Shown here piece by piece: positions 63,601 to 64,000 of a stretch of DNA of 64,000 bases. The number at the start of each line of letters is the position of its first letter. Positions within the stretch are counted from its first letter, which is position 1. A model generated the notes under the pieces. The model had not been told where the DNA came from, did no database searches, and saw nothing but the letters and a program-made list of their open reading frames with translations. Location: the NCBI GenBank assembly GCA_016183615.1, contig JACPEG010000029.1:8012-72011 (forward strand), in the 5' to 3' direction. Position numbers and translations under genes: made by a program. Source of the DNA: Betaproteobacteria bacterium (GTDB lineage: Bacteria > Pseudomonadota > Gammaproteobacteria > Burkholderiales > UBA6910).

Positions 63601-64000
63601 TCAGGCGCGATGCGCTTTGGAGGGCTCGTTCATTCGGACCGAGTGGCGGTCCCGCACCTGCAAGAGTTCGGCGGCAACGGCGATGGCGATCGCGCCGGGC
63701 TGCTTGCCCGATATGCCGGGAACGCCGATCGGGCAGGTCATGTTCTTGAATCTCGCTGGCGGAACGCCCCGGCTCTCCATCCGCCTCTCGAACTGCCGGC
63801 GCTTGGAAAGCGAACCAATCAGCCCGAAGTAGGCGAAGTCGGTACGCCGCAGAATACGCTCCGACAGTTCCTGGTCCAGCGCATGGCTGTGCGTCATCAC
63901 CAGGAAAAAGCTGCCCGGCGGCGCCGCGTCGACTTCCGCTTCTGGCGTGTCGGTACATGCGACCGCGACGTTTTCCTGTATCTCACGCGGGAATTGATCC
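63601..64000 (-). CDS. xdhC: xanthine dehydrogenase accessory protein XdhC (3' part; the gene continues beyond the window end)
   Basis: ...FFLVMTHSHALDQELSERIL...FAYFGLIGSLSKRRQF...CPIGVPGI pattern. The frame stays open to position 64000 in my own translation. Confidence 0.8.
   Translation of the reverse strand, partial: DQFPREIQENVAVACTDTPEAEVDAAPPGSFFLVMTHSHALDQELSERILRRTDFAYFGLIGSLSKRRQFERRMESRGVPPARFKNMTCPIGVPGISGKQPGAIAIAVAAELLQVRDRHSVRMNEPSKAHRA

Overview
High-GC proteobacterial chromosome segment, probably beta- or gammaproteobacterial judging by gene content and REP families. It is densely coded, and almost all genes lie on the minus strand. From left to right:
- **1-5.9 kb:** DegP-type protease; a MoaD-like/BNR-propeller gene pair; an ECF sigma factor with two YciI genes and a VOC gene.
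- **6.1-12.0 kb:** a visibly more AT-rich accessory island. It is a mosaic of broken defence genes: type I R-M fragments, an ABC-3C-like three-component remnant, a brnT pseudogene and a chimeric ORF6N::HsdR ORF. A few ORFs are intact: KilA-N, BrnA and a 247-aa protein with a HEPN-like Rx4H motif.
- **12.2-17.5 kb:** housekeeping genes (PABS-like methyltransferase, NudC, YfcG-type GST, alpha/beta hydrolase, DUF559, MetY), interspersed with several hairpin-repeat families.
- **18.1-38.0 kb:** the largest coherent system. A sigma-54 activator is followed by a five-gene acetophenone-carboxylase-type ketone carboxylase operon. A second operon then encodes a YCF48-like propeller, an RND transporter, DUF1302, DUF1329, a thiolase and an acyl-CoA ligase. 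Each operon sits behind an almost identical consensus -24/-12 promoter.
- **38.6-46.6 kb:** orphan PAS histidine kinase, PsiF-like protein, Fpr, and a VWA/HExxH protein, rhomboid and MoxR-like ATPase trio.
- **46.8-55.9 kb:** a TAXI-TRAP transporter with a CaiB-type CoA-transferase, a GGDEF-EAL remnant beside an intact PAS-GGDEF-EAL gene, and an HDAC-like deacetylase.
- **56.0-64.0 kb:** purine catabolism/uptake cluster (guaD, puuD, BMP-type ABC transporter, partial xdhC).

No rRNA, tRNA, CRISPR array, integrase or transposase was recognised. All family assignments rest on motif and sequence recognition by eye; no searches were run.
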